A stretch of DNA of 64,000 nt from Antedon mediterranea (taxonomy: Eukaryota; Animalia; Echinodermata). Each line of letters begins with the position of its first letter. Position 1 is the stretch's first letter. This document shows positions 63,791-64,000 of this stretch, piece by piece. The stretch spans positions 37,764,437-37,828,436 of the forward strand of contig NC_092672.1 of NCBI RefSeq assembly GCF_964355755.1, written 5' to 3'. Made by a program: the position numbers and the translations under genes. Below the pieces are notes generated by a model. That model worked only from the letters and a program-made list of their open reading frames with translations. It did no database searches and was not told where the DNA came from.

Positions 63791-64000
63791 CTATCTACCG
63801 CCTGTCTGGTTTTTACGTCCTAATCTTTCGTTTGACGGTGAAGACACGTGACGAAAACGACTGCCGACAACGGATGCCGTCAGATCAAAATGATCGAGTT
63901 CTGTCGGAGATTGTAATGATGACATTGAGAGTGAGGACATAGAGCTTGATAAACTAACGTTTGTTGACATTGTTAACAAACTTGATGCATTTGATTCGTC
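63791..64000 (-). CDS. Probable terminal coding exon of an unidentified gene entering from the right edge
   Basis: Frame is open from the window end (DESNASSLLTMSTNVSLSSSMSSLSMSSLQSPTELDHF...RKNQTGGR*) and is more GC-rich than the AT-rich ~60.5-63.8 kb stretch downstream, which resembles a long 3' UTR. Family not recognised. Confidence 0.5.
   Translation of the reverse strand, partial: DESNASSLLTMSTNVSLSSSMSSLSMSSLQSPTELDHFDLTASVVGSRFRHVSSPSNERLGRKNQTGGR

Overview
AT-rich, intron-rich eukaryotic (metazoan) genomic DNA. It is probably an invertebrate deuterostome such as an echinoderm; this is an inference from protein similarity, SINE domains and frequent TAGGCCTA motifs. The window carries the 3' part of HECTD4 (+, 1-20788) and four complete spliced genes: RNF185/RNF5 (-), EIF4ENIF1/4E-T (+), BRAP (-) and MRPL18 (+). 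It also holds the last exon of an unidentified gene (-) at the right edge and four tRNA-Ile(AAT) genes. Non-coding DNA contains about 14 copies of one Harbinger-type MITE, several tRNA-derived SINEs, other non-autonomous DNA transposons, and about 16 unrelated minisatellite arrays (roughly 10 kb by my count). The most notable observations are: (1) a 3.66-kb TAG...CTA (Academ-like) element with a TAT target duplication that splits a ~270-bp BRAP/MRPL18 bidirectional promoter; (2) two large minisatellites that appear to be born from transposon ends, one from an RTE-like LINE 3' end and one from a MITE junction; (3) recurrent short duplications of splice junctions; (4) paralogous structured intronic segments in HECTD4 that are candidate ncRNAs; and (5) tight linkage of genes whose human orthologues lie on 12q24 and 22q12. 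I see no CRISPR or prokaryotic system, and nothing I can claim with confidence as a wholly new biological system. All calls are by eye and no database searches were run.
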